Origin: Octopus sinensis
Lineage: Eukaryota
NCBI RefSeq assembly: GCF_006345805.1
Contig: NC_043025.1
Location: forward strand, 15,624,001-15,688,000
DNA length: 64,000 nt
Direction: 5' to 3'
The translations under genes were made by a program, and so were the position numbers. Numbering within the stretch: position 1 is the stretch's first letter; every line of letters begins with the position of its first letter. Positions 13,719 through 26,680 of the stretch are shown here, in pieces. The notes beneath the pieces were generated by a model. It was not told the DNA's origin. It worked only from the letters and a program-made list of their open reading frames with translations, and searched no databases.

Positions 13719-14811
13719 ATATTAGGGAGTATAGCTCCAAACTTACAGGGAAAAATTAGATTTAGTATTAAATCAAATTTCACAGTATAAATATATAAAA
13801 TATGAATTATCTGATTATATTTATATTATTTGTTATTTATGTATTGGTTTATGTCTATCACTGTTTGAGTTGCCCAATAGTGGTTTTATCTCTAATTCAT
13901 ATTTTATATATATATATATATAGGCAAGAAGTTGAAAATTATTTTGGCCCATGACACTGCATGGACCCTAAGTAAGGCCGGAGTAGAACTGGAATGAAAT
14001 CCGTTGGGTAGTTCTCACAGACATAAACGCACATGGGCATGCAGACGGGCATGCACATATACATACACACGTGCAAGCACACATGCAAACTTAGGCATAC
14101 AGATGCATGCAGACATGTAGACGTGCAAGCATACGCACACACGTGAAAGCATAGACACACACACACACACACACATGCACAAGCATAGACACACACACAC
14201 ACATATGCGTGCACAGACGTATGTACTCAACCACTTGTGAGGCCTCAGTTTACCAAATGCTACAACCAAAGTGGGTTGGCCCAAAGTGCCATAGAGAGGG
14301 ACGGAACCTGAAGGCACGGAATTGGGGAATCAACTCCTCACACAACCACGCTTCTAGCCCCCACAAATTTCTTAAAATATTTCAGCAAAATTCATTTCCT
14401 TACAGATGTGTGTGTGTGTCATCTTTTGACGTCCTATATGATATGATGATGATGATGATGATTGCTATCGTTTAGGAGCTGGGTGGGGGGTTGGTGGACA
14501 CATGCTAAACAAACACTTAAGAGATCTGCTTTCATAAACAAAAACAGCTTCAAAACACTTGCTGTATGAGGTCACTTGACCTACAAGAAACACAGCAAAT
14601 TTTCCGACACAGCTTAACATTTTTAAAACAAAGAACAGGAGACAATGGAATCTTAGACACAGGTCTAAAAGTGGGATGGTCATTGTTGGAGTGCCCACAA
14701 TCACTAGTCTACTCCAGTGGTGCTGACCCGTGGCTAAACAATAGCACCACTGGTATTGCCACTACAATCATCATCATCAAAAGTAATTTGGGAGTCAGTA
14801 CATAGTTGTTT

Positions 14812-17379
14812 GACATGGTAGAAATAGCAGCCAAATCTCCCTCAAACAACACCCAACTCTCTTATGTATGTATATATGTATGTATGAGCCAATGAGGGAG
14901 ACCTCTACATGGTAGCTAGACCTGGTAGAAATAGCAGCCAAATCTCCCTCAAACAACACCCAACTCTCTTATGTATGTATATATGTATGTATGAGCCAAT
15001 GAGGGAGACCTCTACATGGTAGCTAGACCTGCTAGAAATTACAGCCAAATCTCCCTCAAACAACACCCTACTCTCTTATGTATGTATATACGTATGTATG
15101 AGCCAATGAGGGAGACCTCTACATGGTAGCTAGACCTGCTAGAAATTACAGCCAAATCTCCCTCAAACAACACCCAACTCTCTTATGTATGTATATATGT
15201 ATGTATGAGCCAATGAGAGAGGCCTTTACATGGTAGCTAGACCTGCTAGAAATAACAGCCAGATCTCCCTCAAACAACACCCTACTCTCTTATGTATGTA
15301 TATATGTATGTATGAGCCAATGAGGGAGACCTCTACATGGTAGCTAGACCTGCTAGAAATAACAGCCAGATCTCCCTCAAACAACACCCTACTCTCTTAT
15401 GTATGTATATATATATGTATGAGCCAATGAGGGAGACCTCTACATGGTAGCTAGACCTGGTAGAAATAGCAGCCAAATCTCCCTCAAATCACACCCTACT
15501 CTCTTATGTATGTATATATGTATGTATGAGCCAATGAGGGAGACCTCTACATGATAGCTAGACCTGGTAGAAATAACAGCCAAATCTCCTTCAAACAACA
15601 CCCTACTCTCTTATGTATGTATATATGTATGTATGAGCCAATGAGGGAGACTTCTACATGGTAGCTAGACCTGGTAGAAATAGCAGCCAAATCTCCCTCA
15701 AATCACACCCAACTCTCTTATGTATGTATATATGTATGTATGAGCCAATGAGGGAGACTTCTACATGGTAGCTAGACCTGGTAGAAATAGCAGCCAAATC
15801 TCCCTCAAATCACACCCTACTCTCTTATGTATGTATATATGTATGTATGAGCCAAGGAGGGAGACCTCTACATGGTAGCTAGACCTAGTAGAAATAGCAG
15901 CCAAATCTCCCTCAAACAACACCCTACTCTCTTATGTATGTATATATGTATGTATGAGCCAATGAGGGAGACCTCTACATGATAGCTAGACCTGGTAGAA
16001 ATAGCAGCCAAATCTCACTCAAACACCCTACTCTCTTATGTATGTATATATGTATGTATGAGCCAATGAGGGAAACCTCTACATGGTAGCTAGACCTGCT
16101 AGAAATAACAGCCAAATCTCCCTCAAACAACACCCTACTCTCTTATGTACATTTATATATGTATGAATGAGCCGATGAGGGAGACCTCTACATGGTAGCT
16201 AGACCTGCTAGAAATAACAGCCAAATCTCCCTCAAACAACACCCTACTCTCTTATGTACATTTATATATGTATGAATGAGCCGATGAGGGAGACCTCTAC
16301 ATGGTAGCTAGACCTGCTAGAAATAACAGCCAAATCTCCCTCAAACAACACCCTACTCTCTTATGTACATTTAATATTGTATGAATGAGCTGATGAGGGA
16401 GACCTCTACATGGTAGCTAGACCTGCTAGAAATAACAGCCAAATCTCCCTCAAACAACACCCTACTCTCTTATGTACATTTATATATGTATGTATGAGCC
16501 AATGAGGGAGACCTCTATATGGTAGCTAGACCTGCTAGAAATAACAGCCAAATCTCCCTCAAACAACACCCTACTCTCTTATGTATATTTATATATGTAT
16601 GTATGAGCCAATGAGGGAGACCTCTACATGGTAGCTAGACCTGGTAGAAATAACAGCCAGATCACCCTCAAACAACACCCTACTCTCTTATGTATGTATG
16701 AGCCAATGAGGGAGACATCTACATGGTAGCTAGACCTGCTAGAAATAGCAGCCAAATCTCCCTCAAACAACACCCTACTCTCTTATGTATGTATATATGT
16801 ATGTATGAGCCAATGAGGGAGACCTCTACATGGTAGCTAGACCTGGTAGAAATAGCAGCCAGATCTCCCTCAAACAACACCCTACTCTCTTATGTATGTA
16901 TATATGTAAGTATGAGCCAATGAGTGAGACCTCTACATGGTAGCTAGACCTGCTAGAAATAACAGCCAAATCTCCCTCAAACAACACCCTACTCTCTTAT
17001 GTATGTATGAGCCAATGAGGGAGACATCTACATGGTAGCTAGACCTGCTAGAAATAGCAGCCAAATCTCCCTCAAACAACACCCTACTCTCTTATGTATG
17101 TATATATGTATGTATGAGCCAATGAGGGAAACCTCTACATGGTAGCTAGACCTGCTAGAAATATCAGCTAAATCTCCCTCAAACAACACCCTACTCTCTT
17201 ATGTATGTATATATGTAAGTATGAGCCAATGAGTGAAACCTCTACATGGTAGCTAGACCTGCTAGAAATAACAGCCAAATCTCCCTCAAATCACACCCTA
17301 CTCTCTTATTTATGTATATATGTATGTATGAGCCAATGAGGGAGACCTCTACATGGTAGCTAGACCTAGTAGAAATAAC
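14812..17379. repeat. 107-bp satellite, array 1 (~24 copies)
   Basis: GAAATAGCAGCC at 14821 and 14928 gives a 107-bp period; 95-bp variants lack 12 nt of the TATG linker. Confidence 0.97.
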
Positions 17380-17380
17380 G

Positions 17381-17566
17381 TTTTCTACTATAGGCACAAG
17401 GCCCGAATTTTTGTGGGAGGGAGCCAGTCGATTACTTAATTTATCAACCCTGAAAGGAAGAAAGGCAAAGTCGACCTCAGCGAAATTTGAACTCAAATGT
17501 AATGACAGACAAAATACTGCTAAGCATTTCGCCCGGTATGCTAACGTTTCTGCCAGCTCGCCACCT
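17381..17566 (-). mobile_element. SINE family B at the right end of satellite array 1
   Basis: TTTCTACTATAGGCACAAGGC...AAAGGCAAAGTCGACCTCAGCGAAATTTGAACTC...GCCAGCTCGCC; monomer-like sequence resumes at 17575. Confidence 0.85.
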
Positions 17567-18256
17567 TACCAGGGAGAAATATCAGCCAAATCTCCCTCAA
17601 ATTACACCCTACTGTCTTATATCAGAAAAGGGCACATCAAATATAGTAATTTGAGGCAGACCCCAGGCAAAACAATAATCATCACCAGGTACACAACATA
17701 CCCTACACCCCACCCCCCATTCCCAACAGTCACCCCTAAGACACCTGCCCTGGATTATCTTCGTTTGTGGGCGTATACAGCATGTGAGTGTATAGTAGTT
17801 GCTAGCACGTTGCTTAATCCTGCCACCACCTGGTCAGACCCAATCCAGTGGCCTTGTGATCACAGATGCTCCAGCTGAGGAGACCAGCTGTCTCCATCAA
17901 TCCTTTTTTATATACAGTATGTGCATGTGTGTATGTATGTATATATATATATACACACACACACACACAAACTATATATACACATGTCTATACACTATAT
18001 ATTCATGTATACACATCAGCATTTAACGATGATGATGATGTGTATACATGTATATATAGTGTATAGACGTGTGTATATAGTTTGTGTGTGTACACATGTA
18101 TACATATATATACAAATATACACTATAATACACACTATATGTACACATATTTATACATGCACACCTCTCTCTCTATATATATATATATACACACACACAC
18201 ACATATATACACACACACACATATATACACACACACACATATATATACACACACAC

Positions 18257-18307
<51 letters not shown>

Positions 18308-18342
18308 CATATATATATAAATAAAATATGTGCTCCTCCAAC

Positions 18343-18540
18343 TTGATATCTAGCAATGCCCTCGTTTGATTGTTCTCTTCAACATGAGCAAGACGGATAC
18401 GGTTTTCCAGTCTTGCTAAGGACCCACTTTTTCCTTTGTACAGATCTGAAAACAATGGGCACCTCTTGTAGCAGGTGTTCAGACAGCTTAGCAGTCTCTG
18501 CTGACTCACGCCTTCAGTCCATGCTTTGCCTTTCTCAGCT
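18343..18540 (-). CDS. Candidate host coding exon, product unknown
   Basis: Non-repetitive open frame AEKGKAWTEGVSQQRLLSCLNTCYKRCPLFSDLYKGKSGSLARLENRIRLAHVEENNQTRALLDIK. Acceptor TGTCTGTAG (alternative TTGTTTTCAG), weak donor CAA|GTTGGA, 198 nt. No homolog recognised. Confidence 0.3.
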
Positions 18541-18750
18541 CTACAGACAGCCATTGTGTACAACACACAATAGAGATTGTTGAAGATCAAGTGATGCCCA
18601 GGAAGAGACAAAGACATACATACATCATTGTCATTTAATGTATGATCTCCGTGCTGGAATGGGTTGGATTGTTCTGGCAAGCCAGAAAACTGTGCCAGGT
18701 TCTGCAGTTTGTTTTGGCATGACTGTCATAGGTCAATTCCTCTCTTAATA

Positions 18751-19139
18751 GGCGCAGGAGTGGCTGTGTGGTAAGTAGCTTGTTTACCAACCACATGGTC
18801 CCGGGTTCAGTCCCACTGCGTGGCACCTTGGGCAAGTGTCTTCTGCTATAGCCTCGGGCTGACCAAAGCCTTGTGAGTGGATTTGGTAGACGGAAACTGA
18901 AAGAAGCCCGTCGTATATATGTATATGTGTGTGTTTGCGTATGTCCTCTCAACATCGCTTGACAACCAATGCTGATGTGTTTATATCCCCGTTACTTAGT
19001 GGTTCGGCAAAAGAGACCGATAGAATAAGTACTGGGCTTACAAAAGAATAAGTCCTGGGGTCAGTTTGCTCAACTAAAGGCGGTGCTCCAGCATGGCCGC
19101 AGTCAAATGACTGAAACAAGTAAAAGAGTAAAGAGAGAG
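18751..19139 (+). mobile_element. SINE family A, full length
   Basis: GGCGCAGGAGTGGCTGTGTGGTAAG through GACTGAAACAAGTAAAAGAG. Confidence 0.9.
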
Positions 19140-19494
19140 AATGCCAATCACTTTACAGAGTGTACTGGGTGCTTTTCTATGTGGCACCAGCACTGGTGGG
19201 GTCGCCAGGTAATGTTGCAAGACAGGAAAAAGTAACCTCAACTGGGGAGTGAGGGGGAGTAGTATGGAGAGAGTTGGTTTTGTGCCAGTTGATGAAAGAT
19301 TAAAAGAATAATAGAGGGATATCATACGTGGAGAAAAAGAAAGGAGAGAAAGAAGAGAGGGGGAGAGAGATGGTGGAGACGTGTCAAGGCTCAGTGGGGT
19401 GGGGCGACCAAATTAGCAGAGGAGGAGAAAGTTCTGAAAGTGTAGTTGCTAGAATGAAAATAAGCAGAGCAAAGTTCAGAGAGTAACTGTCTTT

Positions 19495-19800
19495 GTTGTT
19501 TGTTCCTTCTTGAGCCATGCCTGGCTCATAAGGGCCGGTTTCCCGGTTTCCTTGGCGTATAGGTTCCCCACCTGGATGGGACGCCGGTCCGTTGCAGGTG
19601 AGCTGCAAGATGCAGGAGGAAAGAGTGAGAGAAAGTTGTGGCAAAAGAGTCAGCAGAAGTTCGCCATTACCTTCTACCGGAGCCACGTGGAGCTTAGGTG
19701 TTTCACTCATAAACACACACATCACCCGGTCTGAGATTCAAACCCGCGATCCCTCAACCGCAAGTCCGCTGCTCTAACTACTAGGCCATGTGCCTCCACT
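19495..19800 (-). mobile_element. SINE family D (tRNA head, V-domain-like 3' part)
   Basis: Reverse complement matches 37104-37410, including CACCTGC(G/A)ACGGAC(T/C)GGCGTCCC. Confidence 0.8.
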
Positions 19801-20264
19801 GTCTTTGTTGTCTGTCTAAGAGTGAAAGGCTGATTCTATGAAACTTGAGTATGAACATTTATGCTACATGACAGCAAAACACTATGACTACAGAGGACTT
19901 GTGAAAGGCTTGAAATAAAGCAAGCAAGCTCTGCTGGATGGGTAACGTCAGTGTGCATATACAACGGAGTAGGGGATTTAAGAGAATTATATATATATTT
20001 CGTTTGGGATTTGGTTTGCAAGATTCTTTATATGAGTTCGTGTGTTGAAGCATATTCTGTTGTGTCTGGGGTGAGTCAAATTTCCACTTTTTCTTATTTT
20101 TATTTCCTAAAATTTTTGTTGTGTCTTGGTCAAAACTATTGAAAAGGTTGCAAGACACAACGAAAATTTCGGGACAATAAAAATAAGAAAAAAGTGGAAA
20201 TTTTGCCGGTGAGTGTGTTATATTATAAGGCACAAAAAGAAAGTGACTCTCCCCAGACACAACA

Positions 20265-20303
<39 letters not shown>

Positions 20304-20885
20304 AGTTTCTTCCAGTTTCTATCTGCCAAATCCACCCACAAGGTTTTGGTTAGCTCAAGGCTATAGTAGAAGACACTTGCCCAAGGTACTACACAGTGGG
20401 ATTGAACCTGGGACCATGTGATTGGGAAGTAAGCTTCTTACCACACAGCCATGTCTGCACCTACAGTATATATATAGATAAAACTTACTTGGAAAAGGAT
20501 GCGTGGCATTCGATCATACAATAATATAAATAATGTATATATATATGCATATATATATAAACCACCATGACTGATATCCAATCTACAGTGGAGAAGGCTA
20601 GCCACTGGATTTGGTTAAAAAGAGACGATGAGCGATGGCTAGAAGTATATTGAGCTTAACTTCATAACCAGCTGATCTAGCAAGCGGGACCTCATATCAG
20701 TGAGCATTGATGCCGTCGAGAGGTAGGCCCCGAAACAGCGTGCATTCTCTCCTGATGACCCATACACTTGCTAGCTTCCTATATACGGAGCTTTTGACTG
20801 GTAGCACTTGCATGTGCAAGTTGTTTGCAAGACATATACATATATCTACATACCTACATATATATGTACATATACATGCATATGT

Positions 20886-21184
20886 GGAGGCGCAATGGCC
20901 CAGTGGTTAGGGCAGCAGACTCACGGTCGTAGGATCGCGGTTTCGATTCCCAGACCGAGCGTTGTGAGTGTTTATTGAGCGAAAACACCTAAAAGCTCCA
21001 TGGCGCTCCGGCAGGGGGTGGTGATCCCTGCTGTACTCTTTCACCACTCTTTCTCCCACTCTTTCTTCTCTTGGCCTGCTCGCTCAGCCAGCGGGGTGGC
21101 ATCATTCAAAGGCTAAAACAATGCTAAGCGCATTGTGACCAGCGATGTGTAACAACATCTGATGGTCTGGTCGGTCACGTGATA
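20886..21184 (+). mobile_element. SINE family D variant (tRNA head)
   Basis: GGAGGCGCAATGGCCCAGTGGTTAGGGCAGCAGACTC...GGTTTCGATTCCC...TGAGCGAAAACACCTAAAAGCTCC. Confidence 0.78.
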
Positions 21185-22209
21185 TATACATGCATATATG
21201 GGTAGAGGACATCAAAAAAGCATTGAACACAATGAGAAACGAAAACATAAAAACAAAAACATAGAAATTAACTTTTTTCGAAAATATATGTGTGTGTGTG
21301 TATACACACAGAGTTTTGCATGTTTTGCACAATTTCCAGCTTCCAAGACACAACATGATTATCTTAAATAAATCAATCACAAGCACTACGTCTCCCTAAA
21401 GCATTAAAAAAGGACCAGAAACTATAAGAAAAAACCAGAACTTACCATTCTATTGTATAAAATCCTTGAATCTCAGTATGACTCACTCTCTCTTTTTAAA
21501 CTAGAGGCTGTATATGCCTAAGTGGAGATTTATATACAGTTCCAAGTGTGTGTGTGTGTATATAGATTTTTATATACACTTTTATCTGTATAATTCCAAA
21601 TATATATTTCCGCTGGTATATTATTTCCGTTCCTTAGGTAAATCCAAAATTAATCCAATTCGTTTGTTGTAATCCAATATTCCAAATGAGATTCTTTAAT
21701 TAAGAAGAAATAGAAATGTATAAATCAATTGCAGTATTAAATTAATTCAGATTTTTTTTTAAATTATATAAAAAAAAAAATTCAATTTCAAAACCAGCAA
21801 CATTTTTTATAATTTTTTATTTGTACTATAGACAAAAAGCTTGAAATTTTGTGAGGAGGGGCTAGTTGATAACATCAATCTTAGTGCCTAACTGGTACTC
21901 ATTTATTAACCCCAAAACAATGAAAGGCAAAATAAACCTCAGTGGAATTTGAACTCAGAACGCAAAGTTGAAAGAAACAGTGCTAAGCATTTTATCCAGC
22001 ATGCCAACAATTCTGCCGGAATTTGGTTTTTATAAGAATCCTTTCAACTTTAGAAACATTCGGTAAGTACTTGAAACAAGTGGATTCATTTTAGTTTCAG
22101 AAGTGACATGGGTACGTGGCAATTGACAAGCTGCAGCAACAGGGAGCGGTGGGTGAAGAAATTTCTTTTGCCAAACACTCTGGAGTGCATTGCATGTTTT
22201 TTAACAGGA

Positions 22210-22573
22210 TCTATATATATAAACGGCAAAATGTCTGTCTGTGTGTGTCCTTTATACAAATCCACAATTTTTCAGTTAGAGGGCTCACACTTTCTATGGT
22301 CATTCAAAACCGTCCAAGGGTGGCCATGCACATCTTTACATTTCCCCAGTCACCCCACAAAGCCATTAAAAAATCAATAGAAGTGACCTTTTTGTGAATT
22401 TTCTATCCAAAACCCAATCAAAATGCCCGAAACTTGATATGCCAATTGAATGCCAGCTAGCTGTATGTGATTGGTCAGAGATTTGGACAGTACTTGCGTG
22501 TATGTGTGCATGCACGCAGCTGTATATGCATGCACTAGCACTATGACCCAGCAACGCCGGGTCATAGTGCTAG
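22210..22573 (+). mobile_element. Non-autonomous Helitron, family H1
   Basis: A|TCTATATATATAAA at the 5' end; subterminal hairpin and CTAG|T at the 3' end; no TSD. A second copy lies at 41194-41553(-). Confidence 0.87.
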
Positions 22574-24607
22574 TACATTTATAAAACATTTTCCCCTTGT
22601 GAGTAAATCTTGTAGATAGATGAAAACTGTGTAGAATTCCATCATGCGTGGATGGATGGATCCTTGTCCCATCACTTGACAAGGTGCTGGTTTGTTTACA
22701 TCCACAAGTTTTGGTTGGTCCAAAGCTATAGTAAAAGACATTTGCCCAAAGTGCTGCAAAGCAAGATTGAACCTAGAACCATATGGTTGAAAAATAAACT
22801 TCTTACCATCAACCACACCTGTGCTTAAGCAGCAGGTAAAAAGTACGAGTTCTGGGGCCACACAAAAAGCACCCAGTGCACCCTGTAAGGTGGTTGGTGT
22901 TAGGAAGGGACTCCAACTGAGAAAACCCTGCCAAAGCAGATAACTGGAGCCCGATACAGCTCCCGGCTTTACCGGCTCCAATCAAACTATCCAACCCATG
23001 CCAGCATGGGAAACACACATTAAATGGTGACATATTTGTTTGAATTATGCAATGGAAGCAGCCCTAGAGTAAAAATACTATCAACATAACAATGTATGTG
23101 TGTAGTCGAAGCTGCAGTAGATGCAATTTTCATCTGGGAAAAATCTCTTCATAGTGGTTCCATGCTAAAAAAGAAAAAAGAAAACAATAGACTTCAGCCC
23201 TTGACATCAGGTTTTGCTTTTTGCAGTGCATTGGTGGCACAACAATAAAGGCCTTCCTAATTAAGCAAGAGTTCTCCCATCAGATGAAGTGTGAGTTCCC
23301 CCACTGGGCAAAGCAGAGTCCCCCCACCCCCGCCAGACGAAGTGAGAGTACCTCCATTGGATTAGGCCACAGTCTTATTCTGATGTGACTTTCAACATCA
23401 TCATCATCATCATCATCGTTTAACGTCCGCTTTCCATGCTGGCATGGGTTGGACGGTTCAACTGGGGTCTGGGAAGCCAGAAGGCTGCACCAGGCCCAAT
23501 CTGATCTGGCAGTGTTTCTACAGCTGGATGCCCTTCCTAATGCCAACCACTCTGTGAGTGTAGTGGGTGCTTTTTACGTGCCACCGGCACAGGTGCCAAA
23601 CGAGGCTGGCAAACGGCCACGGTCGGTTGGTGCTTTTTACGTGCCACCGTAAAAAGCATCATTTTCTCAAAGTATTTTCTTGCCAAGGATATTGGGGTGG
23701 TTACCATTACCTTTCCCAACTGGATAACTATTGACCCCACAAGGAACTCATGAGTGCTTCAACAAGCCTTATTTTTATCCTGTTGGGTGTCCAGCCACCC
23801 TCTTCCCAAGAGTAGCAGGCTACCCAAGTGGGGGAATCAATCAATCATGGAACAAGTGGTACTGGTTTACATGGTACCACTAACAGGTGTCCTTAGTCTG
23901 TGATTGAGATCCCTGACCCGACCTACATTTCAGACCTGGGAGAAACAAAATCGCCCCAGAAGTGACCAAAATGGCAACATATATGTTTCTTTATTACCCA
24001 CAAGGGGCCAAATATAGAGGGGACAAACAAGGACAGACGATCGGATTAAGTCAATTACAGTGCGTAACTGGTACTTAATTTATCGACCTTGAAAGGATGA
24101 AAGGCAAAGTCGACCTCGACGGAATTTGAACCCAGAACGTAACGGCAGACGAAATACGGCTACGCATTTCGCCCGGCTTGCTAACGGTTCTACCAGCTCG
24201 CCACCTCACGATGGCAACATATAATTCCCTGTAGCTGCAGCTGCTGTGTACATGAGCTGTCTATGTGATGCCATTGAAAACCAGCAGACATTTTACACTA
24301 TCAGTAAATACTTGAACAAGTGGATTCCTTTTAGCTTCGGAAGTGACACGAGTACGTGACAATTGATAAGCAGTAGCAAGAGGGAGCGGTGGGTAAAGAA
24401 ATGTGTATTTGTTGCTCTTGTGATCTGCAGCAATTTGGATTGCCAAGTCTCTGCAGGACATTTTAAAAACATGATACATTTATAAAACATTTTTCTCTGA
24501 TGGAAACTACAGCTTCTAGTATTTCAACTACACATGTATATTGAATATGTTCCACTGATAGAATTTGTTTATATATGTGTGTGTGTGTGTGTGTGTGTAC
24601 ATATTTT

Positions 24608-24995
24608 ACTCTATTACTTGTTTCAGTCATTTGACTGTGGCCATGCTGGAGCACCGCTTTTAGTCGAGCAAACCAACCCCAGGACTTATTCTTTGTAAGC
24701 CCAGTACTTATTCTAACGGTCTCTTTTGCCGAACCACTAAGTAACAGGGACGTAAACACACCAGCATCGGTTGTCAAGCAATGCTAGAGGGACAAACACA
24801 CACACACACATATATATATATATACATATATATGACGGGCTTCTTTCAGTTTCCGTCTACCAAATCCACTCACAAGGCATTGGTCGGCCCGGGGCTATAG
24901 CAGAAGACACTTGCCCAAGGTGCCACGTAGTGGGACTGAACCCGGAACCATGTGGTTGGTTAGCAAGCTACTTACCACACAGCCACTCCTGCGCC
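24608..24995 (-). mobile_element. SINE family A, full length
   Basis: Reverse complement of the 18751 copy, ending CACAGCCACTCCTGCGCC. Confidence 0.9.
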
Positions 24996-25807
24996 TATAA
25001 TTTTACTATATTTATATACATACACACACATGCATACACTCATACACACACACATATATAATATATAATTATAGTGCTAGTCACAATGTGCTCCTTCACA
25101 TCGTATCCGCTTTCTGTTGATACCAACTTGCAGGTCAGGCGAGCAGGCCAACATTCACCCTGAATGGAATGCCAGTACATTGCAGGGTTACCTATTCACA
25201 GTTGAGCAAACTGAAACCGGGTGGAATGAAGTGTTCTGCTCAAGAAAACAACACACCACTGGTCTGAGAATTGAAACCATGATCCTGTGATCATGAGCGC
25301 CACACCCTTAGCCAATAGGCCACGTGCCTTCACATATACATAATATATAGTTCTTTTTTGGAAACGTATGCTATAAAGAACAGTGTAACCCAAAGAGGCT
25401 TTTCTCAGCTCAATATCCACCCACTGTTATTTATAGCTTATCTGCTTTGAGATCCACTCTTCCAAAAAAGAATTATTCCATGTTCTCTTGAAGCTTATAA
25501 ATCCTTCTCATGTCAACGAGAACAGATAACTGTTATCTGACCCCATTAAGATAAAACCAAACAAACAAAAAACCCATAATTTTTAACACAAAATACTTAA
25601 TGCGCTCATTTCATCATGGTTTGAGTTGTATATTTTAATAACAACAACAATTATATTTAGATATGTATGTATATTATATATTAGTTTCCATGTTTATGTT
25701 TTCATTCCTCACTGTAATCGGCATTTTTTTGATGTCCTGTACCCATATATGCATGTATATATACATATGGATGTAGGTATGTACATATACGTATGTATAT
25801 ATGCATA

Positions 25808-26309
25808 TCTATATATATAAAACTCTAGTTGTGTGAGTGTCTGTCCCCTTCGATTTAGATTCCTAACTACTCCCACATTTTGCGGTGCAGTTTAACCAAA
25901 TTCGGGTATCTTATAGTCGTGATTCATATCGAGCCCGTCTGACTATTAGCGCGCGTCAACGATGAGTCTACGATTTTAAAAATAATTTAACTTTTTTATT
26001 CCATTTTAATGCATAAAATGGATCGTATGTCGATGGCGGCGGAGTTGGCGTCCATGGTCACACCTGCACTGTTTGCTTCTCCCCCTTCCCTCCCTCGTGA
26101 AGCTGTGGGGAAGGGAGTGTAAAGAAAAACAACGTCGTAATGCGTTGTGAAGGAAACCAGCGTTCTTTTAGAACAACGACTTCATGGCTTGAAGACACCA
26201 AAACAAAAATGGCTAAGAAAGCCCGAATTATAAGGGAAGTAACTCTCTAAAAATGCTTATATAGTTATTTCCCTACAAACCCGAGCAACGCGGGCGATGC
26301 TAATGCTAG
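25808..26309 (+). mobile_element. Non-autonomous Helitron, family H2 (CpG-rich, probably young)
   Basis: A|TCTATATATATAAAACTC start; end CCCGAGCAACGCGGG hairpin followed by CTAG|T. Confidence 0.85.
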
Positions 26310-26514
26310 TATTATAAAGATTTATATTATATATATATTCATCCGAAATTGCGAGGCTGATCCAGTTCTTGACTGAAGATTGAAGCTTCGAATGTCCCAT
26401 CATGTTTTTTGTATTGTCTTCTAATGTTTGCGTTCTTGTCCAGTTTGTATTTTTATATAATATATATATATATAATATATATATTATATATATATATATA
26501 TACACATACATATA

Positions 26515-26680
26515 TTGACAGTAATGATAAGACAACAAAAGAATGAAAGAGACCTTGATATTATGTAAATAGAGGATTTTATCTGTAATATAATGTGACA
26601 ATTATTCGGTAGCCATGACATCCAAAATTCGAGAGTTTTATCATTGCTACTGAATAATTGTCACATTATATTTACAGATA
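26515..26680. mobile_element. Short palindromic element related to 34910-35190
   Basis: Shared left flank GACAACAAAAGAATGAAAGAGACC...; ~34-bp inverted arms at 26580-26613 and 26646-26680. Confidence 0.75.

Noticed and set aside
18334-18354. 19/21 match to 35701-35721 (TCCT(C/A)CAACTTGATAT(C/G)TAGC)
   Set aside because: Homology does not extend beyond ~25 nt; chance or an unidentifiable relic.
18751-18820. tRNA genes at A-box/B-box motifs (also 20886, 37104, 38335, 48985, 13358)
   Set aside because: These are SINE heads continuing into family bodies and tails; no complete cloverleaf followed by a terminator was seen.
22054-22062. 9-nt plus-strand microexon (CTTTAG|AAACATTCG|GTAAGT)
   Set aside because: The paralog at 24296 lacks the signals, and such short matches arise by chance.
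23227-23290. Plus-strand 64-nt exon CIGGTTIKAFLIKQEFSHQMK with good splice sites
   Set aside because: No recognisable homology or partner exon; needs RNA evidence.
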